Program-made: the position numbers and the translations under genes
Shown here: piece by piece, positions 11,601 through 21,173 of the stretch
Layout: each line of letters begins with the position of its first letter
How positions within the stretch are numbered: position 1 is the first letter of the stretch
Origin: a virus
Taxonomy: Duplodnaviria > Caudoviricetes
IMG/VR virus record: IMGVR_UViG_3300007983_000005
Coordinates: 1-52,107 of that record
Strand: one strand, 5' to 3'
DNA: 52,107 bases
The notes under the pieces: generated by a model
Databases searched by the model: none
What the model was told of the DNA's origin: nothing
Seen by the model: the letters and a program-made list of their open reading frames with translations, nothing else

Positions 11601-14600
11601 CATTAAATATAGTATCTACATATAACCCATCTGAAAATATTTTAACTCCTCCAGGATTACCAGAAGAAATACAATCTGCATCTTCATAAATTAACTTAAC
11701 TACAACAGAACCATAATCTTCAGAGTTATTAGAATAATTATCATCTTTATATCGCAATCTTAATTCTGAATCAGGTTCAGTAACACAGAAACTGTATTCA
11801 TCAGAAGAAGTAAATGCAATTCCATTTAAATTATCATTTATTATAACTTCTACTTGTTGTAATGATTGATTACATGGACACGATTGAATACCTTGCCATG
11901 ATATACCAAAATTTACATTACCATTATTATTTGAAAGATCGTCATCGCAAGGATCATCAAATTTAACATTAACTGTTACTGGACTTGATACTGATGCATT
12001 GACACAAAATTCAAAATATGGTTTACTCAATCCACCAAAGAAACTATTAAATGATGTTAAATCCCCAAAGCATTGATCCCATGATGTAGGAACTCCTAAT
12101 GCATCATAAAAAGTTGGATTTGCAGCAGAACCATTTACAGTAACAGTAACATTACATGCATAATAATCAATTGTACTTCCACCACTTAAAACTTGATTTA
12201 CAACAGGAGAACCGCCGGCATAAGTGAATCTAAATAATCCACATGTTTCCATCACTATGTCTGTTCCATTAGTGTCAGAACTATCTACAGACGTTCCACC
12301 TGCATAACATGGATTATTTTCATCAGGATCTTCTACACTAAATTCTATTCCTTCTATTCTATATGTACCAGCATATGGTAATGTGGCAATAGTTCCAGTT
12401 TCATCCCATCCTGGAATTGATATAGTTTCTTCAATTACTCTTTCATCTCCTGAATTATTATTTGAGAGTGTACTATTTAAAAGCGTAGCTCTATAATATC
12501 CACATGAAGGAACTGAAATGCTTGTTCCTGTTGAATCTCCCATATCAACAGAAACTGATTCATATACTATAGATTGACATGAATCACCTGAAATATTAGC
12601 AGATGCTGAAGAGTGGAATCCCCCGTTAATATATTCTAATCTATATTTTCCACATTTATCTACTGATATATCAATTCCATTAGGTGAAGTACCTTCGATA
12701 TTTATCATATCCTTTATGATTTCTTGTGGGGCATCTATAATTAAAGAATTATCATTAGATGTTGATAATGTATTTTCGCTCGCAACTAAATATGTAGTGT
12801 TTATTTTTTCGAATATATCTACGACTTCATCATATTTAATCCCATTTATATTGACATATGATTCTTCTGCTCTAGAAATTAGATTAGATCTACCTGTAGT
12901 AGTTCCCCCATATACAAACCCTTCAACATTAGAAAGTGCATATCGAATATAATTTGATGTTTCACCTGACAAATCATTTACAAATTCTAATATAACTTGT
13001 TCATTATCTTCAATCAAATCAAAATCTTTAATTAAAGATTCAATTTCAAATTTATCTTGTCTAGAATAAGATTCAACTGAAAGATTTCCTGCGTGATCTC
13101 CTCTAGGAATATTAAGTTGAAGATCAGATACAGTTTGAAAATATGATAGAGAAGGGTCAGATGCGCCAATAAAAACTTCTAATGAATCTAATGGAGTAGC
13201 TTTACTCCATTCAGAAAATTCTTTAGGATTATCAACATTAAATTCAGAATATCCTCCAATAACACCACATGTAGATCTACCATTTCCCCCTTGAACATGG
13301 TAACATCTTGGAGAATTTAATGTAGGTAATATATTTTTTAAGAAACCATTTCCTGACCATAGTTCAGCATTTGAGAGTACTCTTGTTTTCATAGGTATAT
13401 CATTATATTCATTTGTAGTTATACCACCAGCAATGATACCATTATCTCTTGTACCATTCGCTCCTCCAAATGCTCTATCAATATTGAGAATTCCTATTTC
13501 ATGGACATTATCTTCTAAATCAGTGCTTCTCCAATTTATAGGATCAATAGTTCCTAGAAAATCTCTTTGAGAACTGTCATAATCTGGTTTAAGAGTAATT
13601 TGACTTTCAATTAAATGTGAAATTTCTGAATCATTTTCATCTTCTAATTCATAATTAATTTGATTGGATTTAGTTTGACATGAATCATTTTCAAAATTAC
13701 CTGATGTTCCAAAATTTTGAATATTGTCTGTACTTATTAAACCTCCAACCCAATGAGATATTAAATTATCAGACCAAAATATATTATTATTATCATTTTT
13801 TGTTTGAGATTCATCTAATATAGTTGTACTAGTGCCATCTTTTATTCTAGCACCTAAAACATTTTTTATTGTATAATAATGACCAAAATTATTTTCTGGA
13901 TCAAAAGTAAATTTTAAATTTAATAGAATATTTGCAATTTTTAGTTTTTCAAATGGTTTAGTTGAAATAGTTAAATCTGGTATTGTAAACCATCCACCAT
14001 TTAAAAAATCAGAATTAGTTAAAAATCCATTATATAAAGATGGATCAGATAGATATTTTTTATACTCATCATTTACATATTTATCAGGAGACCAAAATTC
14101 AAACATTTTTGCTTCAATATTACCATTTCCTGAAAGACCTGGCGTTGTAGATAAAGTGACATTAGTATTTCTACTGTTATCATTAAATCCATCTGTTGTT
14201 ATTCTACTAGCCCACCATACATCACCAAATTTAGATAATTTATGAAAAACTAAAAAGGTATCTATATCTTTAACAAAATTCTGTAAAGTAATTTCCTCAA
14301 CTTCAATATCTTTAAATGATAATTGTTGTTTAAATTCATCCCATAAAATGTTATTATCAGCATATTCCCATAATTGACGAAGTAATATATCATCTATATA
14401 TTCAGTATCACCATCAATTAAAAATGATTGGGAAGACCATTCATCTCTAAATTTCATTTCAGTACCAGAATCGGTTGGAATTACAGGTACTCCAGTTGTT
14501 CCTGAAGTACCCATAGTCCCGCCTGACATTGTAGGTATATTAGAAATATTAGTATATGTTGGTACAAATACTCTACAATCATTTTCTTTATGTATACTGA

Positions 14601-14682
14601 ATTTTAATCCAGTATATGCTTGGTAAAAATTACCCCAATCAAAAATTTGGTCATTTAATGACATCTGATTTATTTTCTCCAA
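8635..14682 (-). CDS. Giant appendage/receptor-binding protein: Kelch-like propeller plus nested LecA-like domains (start may be ATG 14664)
   Basis: Six GG-containing Kelch-like blades, four split jelly-roll repeats and the shared C-terminal module. Confidence 0.7.
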   Translation of the reverse strand: MEKINQMSLNDQIFDWGNFYQAYTGLKFSIHKENDCRVFVPTYTNISNIPTMSGGTMGTSGTTGVPVIPTDSGTEMKFRDEWSSQSFLIDGDTEYIDDILLRQLWEYADNNILWDEFKQQLSFKDIEVEEITLQNFVKDIDTFLVFHKLSKFGDVWWASRITTDGFNDNSRNTNVTLSTTPGLSGNGNIEAKMFEFWSPDKYVNDEYKKYLSDPSLYNGFLTNSDFLNGGWFTIPDLTISTKPFEKLKIANILLNLKFTFDPENNFGHYYTIKNVLGARIKDGTSTTILDESQTKNDNNNIFWSDNLISHWVGGLISTDNIQNFGTSGNFENDSCQTKSNQINYELEDENDSEISHLIESQITLKPDYDSSQRDFLGTIDPINWRSTDLEDNVHEIGILNIDRAFGGANGTRDNGIIAGGITTNEYNDIPMKTRVLSNAELWSGNGFLKNILPTLNSPRCYHVQGGNGRSTCGVIGGYSEFNVDNPKEFSEWSKATPLDSLEVFIGASDPSLSYFQTVSDLQLNIPRGDHAGNLSVESYSRQDKFEIESLIKDFDLIEDNEQVILEFVNDLSGETSNYIRYALSNVEGFVYGGTTTGRSNLISRAEESYVNINGIKYDEVVDIFEKINTTYLVASENTLSTSNDNSLIIDAPQEIIKDMINIEGTSPNGIDISVDKCGKYRLEYINGGFHSSASANISGDSCQSIVYESVSVDMGDSTGTSISVPSCGYYRATLLNSTLSNNNSGDERVIEETISIPGWDETGTIATLPYAGTYRIEGIEFSVEDPDENNPCYAGGTSVDSSDTNGTDIVMETCGLFRFTYAGGSPVVNQVLSGGSTIDYYACNVTVTVNGSAANPTFYDALGVPTSWDQCFGDLTSFNSFFGGLSKPYFEFCVNASVSSPVTVNVKFDDPCDDDLSNNNGNVNFGISWQGIQSCPCNQSLQQVEVIINDNLNGIAFTSSDEYSFCVTEPDSELRLRYKDDNYSNNSEDYGSVVVKLIYEDADCISSGNPGGVKIFSDGLYVDTIFNEPGDLTTLGTTDNFCVNNPDSDIKFVGDGLWGGQVNFELCYIGQNSICNCRTDGITGRWASNTAISINGQSSEYAFDVQEDSLIDLETYIESRPSDKIYDFCVSESGSVITISPGLEISYPKDAGSVNARLIYLGESNCNCDDSLSNLSTDNVSVESREVTIKYVTVDPNLRYPLRCHGMVYTGDNDSGISTGGRTEYNNMGGSDGVIKRIFDKYSTGYTPIVSNTLTNVKLEKDRVLDLVYELNDQTWIRRQNMLESVYWHCGVGDENRSIFWGGIHDSIGSFEVNVNSISASTDSIDPDEFLCPDDVKTFEKNNISLAGTDYVEILSGGPCWESPIWETFDVSLLFSDPRFRDDQETLQYSNSDNYPNFNIITVAPTNPAPIAPQDETNVTVNHNLGTTIISLNKNVITGGTFRANAKVTDTENTTTGTIQIKEVDITIRTDTTPVYPDDIISITSNNKEFEVTNVQVFQDLSVEMSYRFEETMIYDSSTESDKTYMFAGVGIMKFQSMESIYQDIKNGETSTAISHTFKVLQSSENTTPLIMDGIVGDIKFDITFEDGIMIGVTTKEQEWRSSLSDCGPNISSFIELVADFTPIGNQRWGVPIWTQGLYEDVGTFNLSSDINRRDVSSDTNYGSTYFETSTINISSNNYGSLLNGRILLNGNTTNQTHEYTALNNATISISGETDCISASSNVSITFPMSATSESYTEWGTSFIQEYQNDQRYKAPKKWVQSNGLGISPSKLEIDYENISWKRYMDGVGLGGDVPVYDSIYNPTLKKIRNVTEWSEMNKWHIGQMCFGEPDASIIVGGHKVDSNISITGISNGYHSGETTPRVFVWDLRDIPEEDEFLKNYMGRRLHTQYPKDGEIYAGNSENVLSSLSVNIYQAESDIIVERHGSVLFDNTSEATVEFDTPFSDDISDGNYQISLTPSDNVEVWWENKTNSGFTIFTEIDNFSGSVDYVANAIINVTEKDISENSPLDGYIFDK

Positions 14683-15252
14683 TTATTTACTTTTTGGAGT
14701 TGCACTCTCCGGGGTATCTTCGCTCTTGAGAAGTTTCTCAATTGCAGTTTTACCCTTTTCTTCAATATATTTCTTAACACTTTCAGATTCGCCTGCTTTT
14801 TCAACAGCAACTCTAAGGGTTTCAACTAATTTATCTTCTGAGCTTGGAGCTTCAGATTTCTTAGTTGCCCACTCCTCAGTCCAGTTGATTGATTTTACTA
14901 AATATCCTTCAGCAATAGCTTCAACTGCATCAGGAATATCAAATCCCAATTTCTTTTCTATTTTCTTGATACCAAGTTTTGCAGCAAGTGTAACAACAGC
15001 AGTACTAATACCAAGTAAAATTGCTGCAACTTTCCAAATTAAAGAAACCCATGGGTTTGTTTTTTCAGATACTTCTTTATCTGAATCTTCAGATGTTACT
15101 GTAGGTTCTACTGTGGAAGATGATGTTGATGATACAACATTCTTTTCAACACCAGAAACTGTGACAACAGGTTCATCTTCTGCTACAATGTAAGAAACTG
15201 GTGCAACAGATATACCAAAAACTAACAAGATTGATAATAATAGATTACGCAT
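14683..15252 (-). CDS. Membrane protein, holin-like (LL-H type C-terminal region) with N-terminal signal-like segment
   Basis: ATG 15252 with AAGGAG SD; hydrophobic MRNLLLSILLVFGISVA, second TM WVSLIWKVAAILLGISTAVVTLAA, then helical ...TEEWA...EDKL. Confidence 0.5.
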   Translation of the reverse strand: MRNLLLSILLVFGISVAPVSYIVAEDEPVVTVSGVEKNVVSSTSSSTVEPTVTSEDSDKEVSEKTNPWVSLIWKVAAILLGISTAVVTLAAKLGIKKIEKKLGFDIPDAVEAIAEGYLVKSINWTEEWATKKSEAPSSEDKLVETLRVAVEKAGESESVKKYIEEKGKTAIEKLLKSEDTPESATPKSK

Positions 15253-15295
15253 ATTTTTCTCCTTTATGAAATCCAATTTACTCTATAATTATATA

Positions 15296-17032
15296 TTAAC
15301 ATTCACTATTCTCTCCAACAAACAAATCTGGATATGTTCCTGATTCAGGTTTATCGTCTGTAGGAATAGCAAGGCCTGTTTTACATCCAACTAATATAAA
15401 GTTTCCATTAAGAGTATCTGTATCAGATTCTCCGTCTCTTGATATAACAAAATATGCAATTGAACCTCTAGTAGCCTTTAGATCTTCATAAAAATTTCCA
15501 TATATTTCAAAATATCCCATCTTTCCATCTTTTACATATTCTGGGATAGGTACAGTATAACTAAATTTTTTATATTCAGAATCATTTGGATTTCCGAAAT
15601 CTCCAGTATTAACTACCGCGACCCAAACATCAAATTTCATATTACCACATGTTCCATTTGGGCAACAATTTAAATCATCAGGAGTAAATTCATTTTCATT
15701 TACAAAATATGAAATTCCTAAATAACAAAGGCCAGGATCTGGACCATCAACTCTCATATCAAAGTGAGCAAATCTAGTATATTCAGGATCAAATTCCAAT
15801 CCATGAGTTTTTGGAGAAACACCAGATGGAGAATCTAAAAATTCTAATTCATTTGGTCTAGGTCCATTTTCAGCATCCCAATCAAATTCATCAATTTTTC
15901 TATTAAATTGACTTAAACATAACCATTGTTCTTTTGTCATTATATTTGGAAGTTTTGCACCTTCACAATCTTCTGCAACATGACGACCGTTTACTGTAGT
16001 GACATTCCATTTTGTTATGCCTTGATTATAATTATATAATTCATTTATATCTAAATTATTTATTTCATATTGAGACCAAGGATTTGGGAGACCACCTAAG
16101 AACATTTGAGAAATTGCAATTGCTCCATCTTCTCGGGTTCTCCTAATTCTAATTTTTATTGAACTTGTATTTTGTCCTACTCTAAATGCAACGGCTGAAG
16201 TTCTATATTCAGGCAACCATAAATCTTGTTCTGCGTATAAGTTATGATGAGGCCAAGGTCCTAGAACAACAATTTCTTCAACTGTATCTAATGCACCTAT
16301 TACTTCAATCCCCAAATCTTCGTACCGAGAATAACATCCTGTAGTTAAATCTGGAGTACATGTTATTCCTGGTATATCTGGAGTTCCTGTTGTTCCTGTA
16401 GTTGGGCATCCTGTAGTTGGCGTTCCTGTTGTTCCTGTAGTTCCAGTTGTCCCAGAAGTTATACAATCAGGTTCTCCAACAGAAGAGATTCCGGGAACCA
16501 TCGAACTATCACAATATGGGATTTCATAATCAAATTCTATCGCTTGATGATTTTCTTCGGTATATACACCAGTTCCTTTTATAGCAAATACTAATTCAGT
16601 TCCTCTAAGTTGAGGTGGTATATAAAATTCTCTTTGTAGATATCTACCATGTTCTCCATTAACATCAGTAAATGATACCCCACCGCTATATACTAAAAGT
16701 CTTTCAACACCTTCATTTTGTATATCTATATCATTAGTAACTTCACCATCATCAACTGCTATCCATGAATTTTTCTTTTCAAAACAATCAAAATTACCAC
16801 CATTAAAAAATATCTTTTGTCCAGATGAATCATAATCTAATAAATTACCATATAAAAGAGACAAATAATTAGGTGAACTTGCAGATGATACAGAAATGAA
16901 GTTTAATAAAAACCTCAAATTATGTTGCAATTCTGATATTGGAAGGTTAAAATTTTCGTCATTTACGTTTGTACTAGGATTTACTAATGATATCTCATCA
17001 ATAAATTCTTCATCAAATACATCTTCTGCCAT
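15296..17032 (-). CDS. Tail fibre/baseplate-associated structural protein
   Basis: N-terminal fibre-attachment-like motif NFNLPISELQHNLRFL, beta-rich body, GTT-repeat insert. Confidence 0.6.
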   Translation of the reverse strand: MAEDVFDEEFIDEISLVNPSTNVNDENFNLPISELQHNLRFLLNFISVSSASSPNYLSLLYGNLLDYDSSGQKIFFNGGNFDCFEKKNSWIAVDDGEVTNDIDIQNEGVERLLVYSGGVSFTDVNGEHGRYLQREFYIPPQLRGTELVFAIKGTGVYTEENHQAIEFDYEIPYCDSSMVPGISSVGEPDCITSGTTGTTGTTGTPTTGCPTTGTTGTPDIPGITCTPDLTTGCYSRYEDLGIEVIGALDTVEEIVVLGPWPHHNLYAEQDLWLPEYRTSAVAFRVGQNTSSIKIRIRRTREDGAIAISQMFLGGLPNPWSQYEINNLDINELYNYNQGITKWNVTTVNGRHVAEDCEGAKLPNIMTKEQWLCLSQFNRKIDEFDWDAENGPRPNELEFLDSPSGVSPKTHGLEFDPEYTRFAHFDMRVDGPDPGLCYLGISYFVNENEFTPDDLNCCPNGTCGNMKFDVWVAVVNTGDFGNPNDSEYKKFSYTVPIPEYVKDGKMGYFEIYGNFYEDLKATRGSIAYFVISRDGESDTDTLNGNFILVGCKTGLAIPTDDKPESGTYPDLFVGENSEC

Positions 17033-17045
17033 AAGGTTACCTCTT

Positions 17046-20000
17046 TTAGATTAATTCATCCCACCATTCAATGCCATTTTTAATTGCCAAATAATGAACT
17101 GTACATGGTACAGGGGAACTTGTTCTAACTCTAAATTGATTATTACTTTTCTCAACCCAATACATATTTATATTTTCATTAGAGGAAAGTATGATAGAAT
17201 ACCCAGGATCGTCCACGTTTATATTCATATTTCCTGACTCAGATTCTACTCCAATTTCTGGTTTAATAATCAATTCATTATTATACCAATATTCTAGATT
17301 TACTTCAGTTGGTGAAGGGAATATTAGAGAATCATTGGTATTTCCTGGCCATTCGTTATATGAATTTCCATCTGAATCAATAAACACTCTATCAGTAAGG
17401 GTTCTTCTACCAACATAAATACTATCTGGTGTAAATACCCCACCAAATACATCTTGATGGAATGCCATCCATGCAACTTCTTTCTCTAAGAAATAACTAG
17501 CAGAAACAGTAAATCTATCAGGACATAAATTATTCCAATATATTTTTTGATTCAATGGATTTGAAATAAATATAAAATAATTCTTATCTTTAAATGGAGA
17601 ATCAAATTTTATTGTTTCACTCTTAATATTTCCATTAACTTTTAACACTCCTGCTTTAAATAGACTCGTATCTATTTCTTTAGCAATTACCCAATCTATA
17701 TTTTGACTAAAACCATTAAATGATGTTAGCATATTAAATCTAGTATTATCAGTTCTTTCATAAAAAGTGTTAACATTAGAATTAGGTGACATAGCAATTA
17801 ATCCACTAACTCTTCTATTGTTCGATAGTCCCATAGAACCACCTCCAGCCTCTAAAACATCAATCCCAAATGGTTTGATTTGGTTAAGTTCGGTATAACT
17901 TGGTTTAAACACATCTACAGAATCTCTTATAAATGTTTCAAACTCTTCTTTTTTATCATCATCAAAATATAAATCAGGTTCTGATAAATTTTCTACATCG
18001 AAATTTAAATTAAATTTATGAGATCTAAATATTTGAGCAATACCATACATATATTCTTTATCGATTTGTGTTAATCTTAAATCCCCGTTATCAGTTTTCT
18101 CAAATATAACAGGTTCGCCTGAATTATAAATTCTACCATCAGTAAAAGATATTCTTTCATCTTCTATGATTGAATCAAAGAACCAAGAACCTATAGCACT
18201 CGTTGAAAATAAATTAGTTTTAATGAATGAATAAGTCGTTGTTACTTTTTGACGATTTTCTGATTTATCAGATTTACCATAATATAAAAATAATTTAAAA
18301 TTTGATCGTATTGCATCTTGTAATCTGACCCAAATGACAGCATAGTCTCTTTCATAATCATAATATGCAACTTTAAATTTTAATGGCTTTCTACTAGATG
18401 CATCTGAATATAATCTTATGGATCTATCATTTATTGCAGTCTGAGAAAAATCAAATGTATTTTCTGATCCTAAAAATTTACTTAACAATGGAATATTATT
18501 AGATTCGCTATCATTACTATTATTATATCCATTACCATATATAGTTATAGGTATAGCAAAATCAGTATTATCATTAAATCTACCATCCTCTAATTCTATA
18601 AATCCATCTATATCAATTCTTCTATAAAATGGGAATTCAGATTGTAGAGGACTTAATTGCGGATTTACAGTAAATTCTGGTCCTATATTAATATTAAATT
18701 TATTTAATAATGAAGAATGAAGATTCACTAATCTATATTCATCTGATGTTTGACCATCATTTTTCATAATATCGAAATAGTTCATTCTATAACTAAAAGT
18801 TCTATCAGGATTAAATATTACATAACTTAAATTTGATAAATTTGTAGAATATGTATTGATATTTGCTAAAGGTTTAATATTTCCTTTGAAAAATACTTTT
18901 ATATTAATGAAATAATTAATTTCTACTTTAGTTGAAGGTATAACATTAGCAGAAATTTCAAAGGTTAAGGGTTGATATGTGTCAGGTTCAATAACCCAAT
19001 CTAAATCTTTCCTATTTATTTCAGTATATTTTTTGCAAATGGGTGATCCAGAAGAACCTGTTGTTCCAGTCGTTCCTGTTGTACTTATACTATTAGTACT
19101 ATCATTAGTTAATGTATCATGATATTCAATTAATGGATCTCCATTTTTATCTAAATAAATGGATCTCCATACATTACAAGCAAAGTTATATTGTAATGTG
19201 TATGTTGTTGTACTATTATTTATTTGAGTTATAGGAACTGTTGATAATATAGTCTTCCATTCATCTTTATATTCCCTATCTGCCCATTCTGTAGGTATAG
19301 ATAATGAATTTAATTTACTTTCATCTATAATGTTTTGTTGAAATAATGGCCTTTCATATATTTCGTTATCAATTTTGTTTGGAAGTTGATATGAAGTTAA
19401 GAAAGTAGGGTTTAAATTATCATAAATTAATTCATCATTGTTTACAGAAAATGATGTCGTTATGTTAATCCTATTTAATGTCTCATCTATAGGAAGTTCA
19501 TATGTTAAAAATCTATTACCTATTTTAAATTCTCTACCGTGAACTGAATTTAAATCAACGTATCTTGATCCATCAAGAAGAGTTTTAATTCTTCTTGTTG
19601 AATCTATTTCTCTAGGTAAGCTAGTAGAATCTGATATTATTAATTTAGTATTAACTTTAGGGACATTATTAAATGACGTTATTTGGCTGATTTTTGGTAA
19701 GGATACTGGATATAATCTTTGAGAAAATACTTGAGAATTTATACCAGGAAAATTATTAAATTTAGTATATTTTCTTGAATCTTCTATATCTTTTTCAAAA
19801 ATATATAATAATTCATTCTGATTTACATTAACATCTTGCAATGTAGATAATGCCAAATTCATTGTATCTTTGGTAAATAATATAAATAAATCATCAAAAT
19901 GTTCTATATTTATTATATTTTTTCTATCTCTTATTATTTTATAATCAATAGGTTCGTAAGAATCTATTCTTCTATTTTCATAGCCAGGAACTATATTATC

Positions 20001-21173
20001 AAAAATATCATCGCTTGTCCATATATGAGAATAAAATGAATCAGTTGAAATTCTGTCAAACTTTTCAAAAAATCCAAAATATTGTAATGCACAAGGGTCA
20101 ACAATTGTTATCTCTTCATTCCAGAAGAAATAGAATATATTTTCATCATAGAATGAATTTTCTAAGAATTTGAGTTCTTTATCTGTTAATTCTTGGCCAT
20201 CTTCAATATCATTAGTAAATAATAATTCCACCTGAACATATTTATTTTGTTCTGGTATATCATTAGGATCTACAATCAATAAAAAATATTTCTTTTGATT
20301 TAATACTTCCATATAATAAAAAATTAATACTTTTTTATTGATATAGAATGTTTTTACAATATTAAAAAGTGATACATCAACTTCTTTAGGTATCAATTCT
20401 CTCATTATAACTGGAGTTCCATTTGATGGAGTTATAGTATATTCATACCAATTTGAAAGTGGCAATCTTCCCTGTTCTTTTTGATATAAAACTTCTAAAC
20501 TTGTTTCTAAATTAGGTTCTTTAACAGTTAATGTAAAACTTTCGGTTAATTCTTCTTCTGGTAAATTTTCTTTATCAACAGTTAAAACTCTTCTAACCCA
20601 AATTTTTAAAACACATTGAGGTGGTATTTCTAATGGTAATTCATTACCTGACCATGTTTTTTTGAATACTAAATTTCTTAATTTATTATCAGTGTCATAT
20701 TCATCATTTATATAAATTGAAGGATTTCCTGGCTTTCCAAAATCACTAGGAATTTTTCTTTTAACTTCATTAATGGTATAAACACCTTCAACATTCATAT
20801 CAACATTAGAAATAGAAAATGGAGATCCTGTAGATCCAGGGGTTTCAATACCAGTAATTGGATCAGGTACAACATCTGAAACTGAAACTTCATTTAAAAT
20901 TACATATTGGTTGATACTTTTATTTGTTATATAGATACATCTATAGTTAATGTTAGATTTTATTACATCTGATGCAACTATATTATCAAAAACATTAGTA
21001 GAACCTGAAGGTATATTATATTTTAATATTTTTAGATTTCCTAAGTTTTCTTCGTCAAAATATTGGCCACCCAAAGTTTGCCCATAAACAACACTGTTTA
21101 ATCCTATACCACAAGGATTATTATCAGGATTACCTCTACTCAAATTAAATGTCATATTTGGATTAGGTGCCAT
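17046..21173 (-). CDS. Large virion protein with DUF2341-like domain and C-terminal repeated modules
   Basis: NVFDNI...YRCIYITN...IWVRR phage structural motif; FDFSQT...IRLY...AVIWVRL...LYYGK resembles DUF2341. Confidence 0.65.
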   Translation of the reverse strand: MAPNPNMTFNLSRGNPDNNPCGIGLNSVVYGQTLGGQYFDEENLGNLKILKYNIPSGSTNVFDNIVASDVIKSNINYRCIYITNKSINQYVILNEVSVSDVVPDPITGIETPGSTGSPFSISNVDMNVEGVYTINEVKRKIPSDFGKPGNPSIYINDEYDTDNKLRNLVFKKTWSGNELPLEIPPQCVLKIWVRRVLTVDKENLPEEELTESFTLTVKEPNLETSLEVLYQKEQGRLPLSNWYEYTITPSNGTPVIMRELIPKEVDVSLFNIVKTFYINKKVLIFYYMEVLNQKKYFLLIVDPNDIPEQNKYVQVELLFTNDIEDGQELTDKELKFLENSFYDENIFYFFWNEEITIVDPCALQYFGFFEKFDRISTDSFYSHIWTSDDIFDNIVPGYENRRIDSYEPIDYKIIRDRKNIINIEHFDDLFILFTKDTMNLALSTLQDVNVNQNELLYIFEKDIEDSRKYTKFNNFPGINSQVFSQRLYPVSLPKISQITSFNNVPKVNTKLIISDSTSLPREIDSTRRIKTLLDGSRYVDLNSVHGREFKIGNRFLTYELPIDETLNRINITTSFSVNNDELIYDNLNPTFLTSYQLPNKIDNEIYERPLFQQNIIDESKLNSLSIPTEWADREYKDEWKTILSTVPITQINNSTTTYTLQYNFACNVWRSIYLDKNGDPLIEYHDTLTNDSTNSISTTGTTGTTGSSGSPICKKYTEINRKDLDWVIEPDTYQPLTFEISANVIPSTKVEINYFINIKVFFKGNIKPLANINTYSTNLSNLSYVIFNPDRTFSYRMNYFDIMKNDGQTSDEYRLVNLHSSLLNKFNINIGPEFTVNPQLSPLQSEFPFYRRIDIDGFIELEDGRFNDNTDFAIPITIYGNGYNNSNDSESNNIPLLSKFLGSENTFDFSQTAINDRSIRLYSDASSRKPLKFKVAYYDYERDYAVIWVRLQDAIRSNFKLFLYYGKSDKSENRQKVTTTYSFIKTNLFSTSAIGSWFFDSIIEDERISFTDGRIYNSGEPVIFEKTDNGDLRLTQIDKEYMYGIAQIFRSHKFNLNFDVENLSEPDLYFDDDKKEEFETFIRDSVDVFKPSYTELNQIKPFGIDVLEAGGGSMGLSNNRRVSGLIAMSPNSNVNTFYERTDNTRFNMLTSFNGFSQNIDWVIAKEIDTSLFKAGVLKVNGNIKSETIKFDSPFKDKNYFIFISNPLNQKIYWNNLCPDRFTVSASYFLEKEVAWMAFHQDVFGGVFTPDSIYVGRRTLTDRVFIDSDGNSYNEWPGNTNDSLIFPSPTEVNLEYWYNNELIIKPEIGVESESGNMNINVDDPGYSIILSSNENINMYWVEKSNNQFRVRTSSPVPCTVHYLAIKNGIEWWDELI

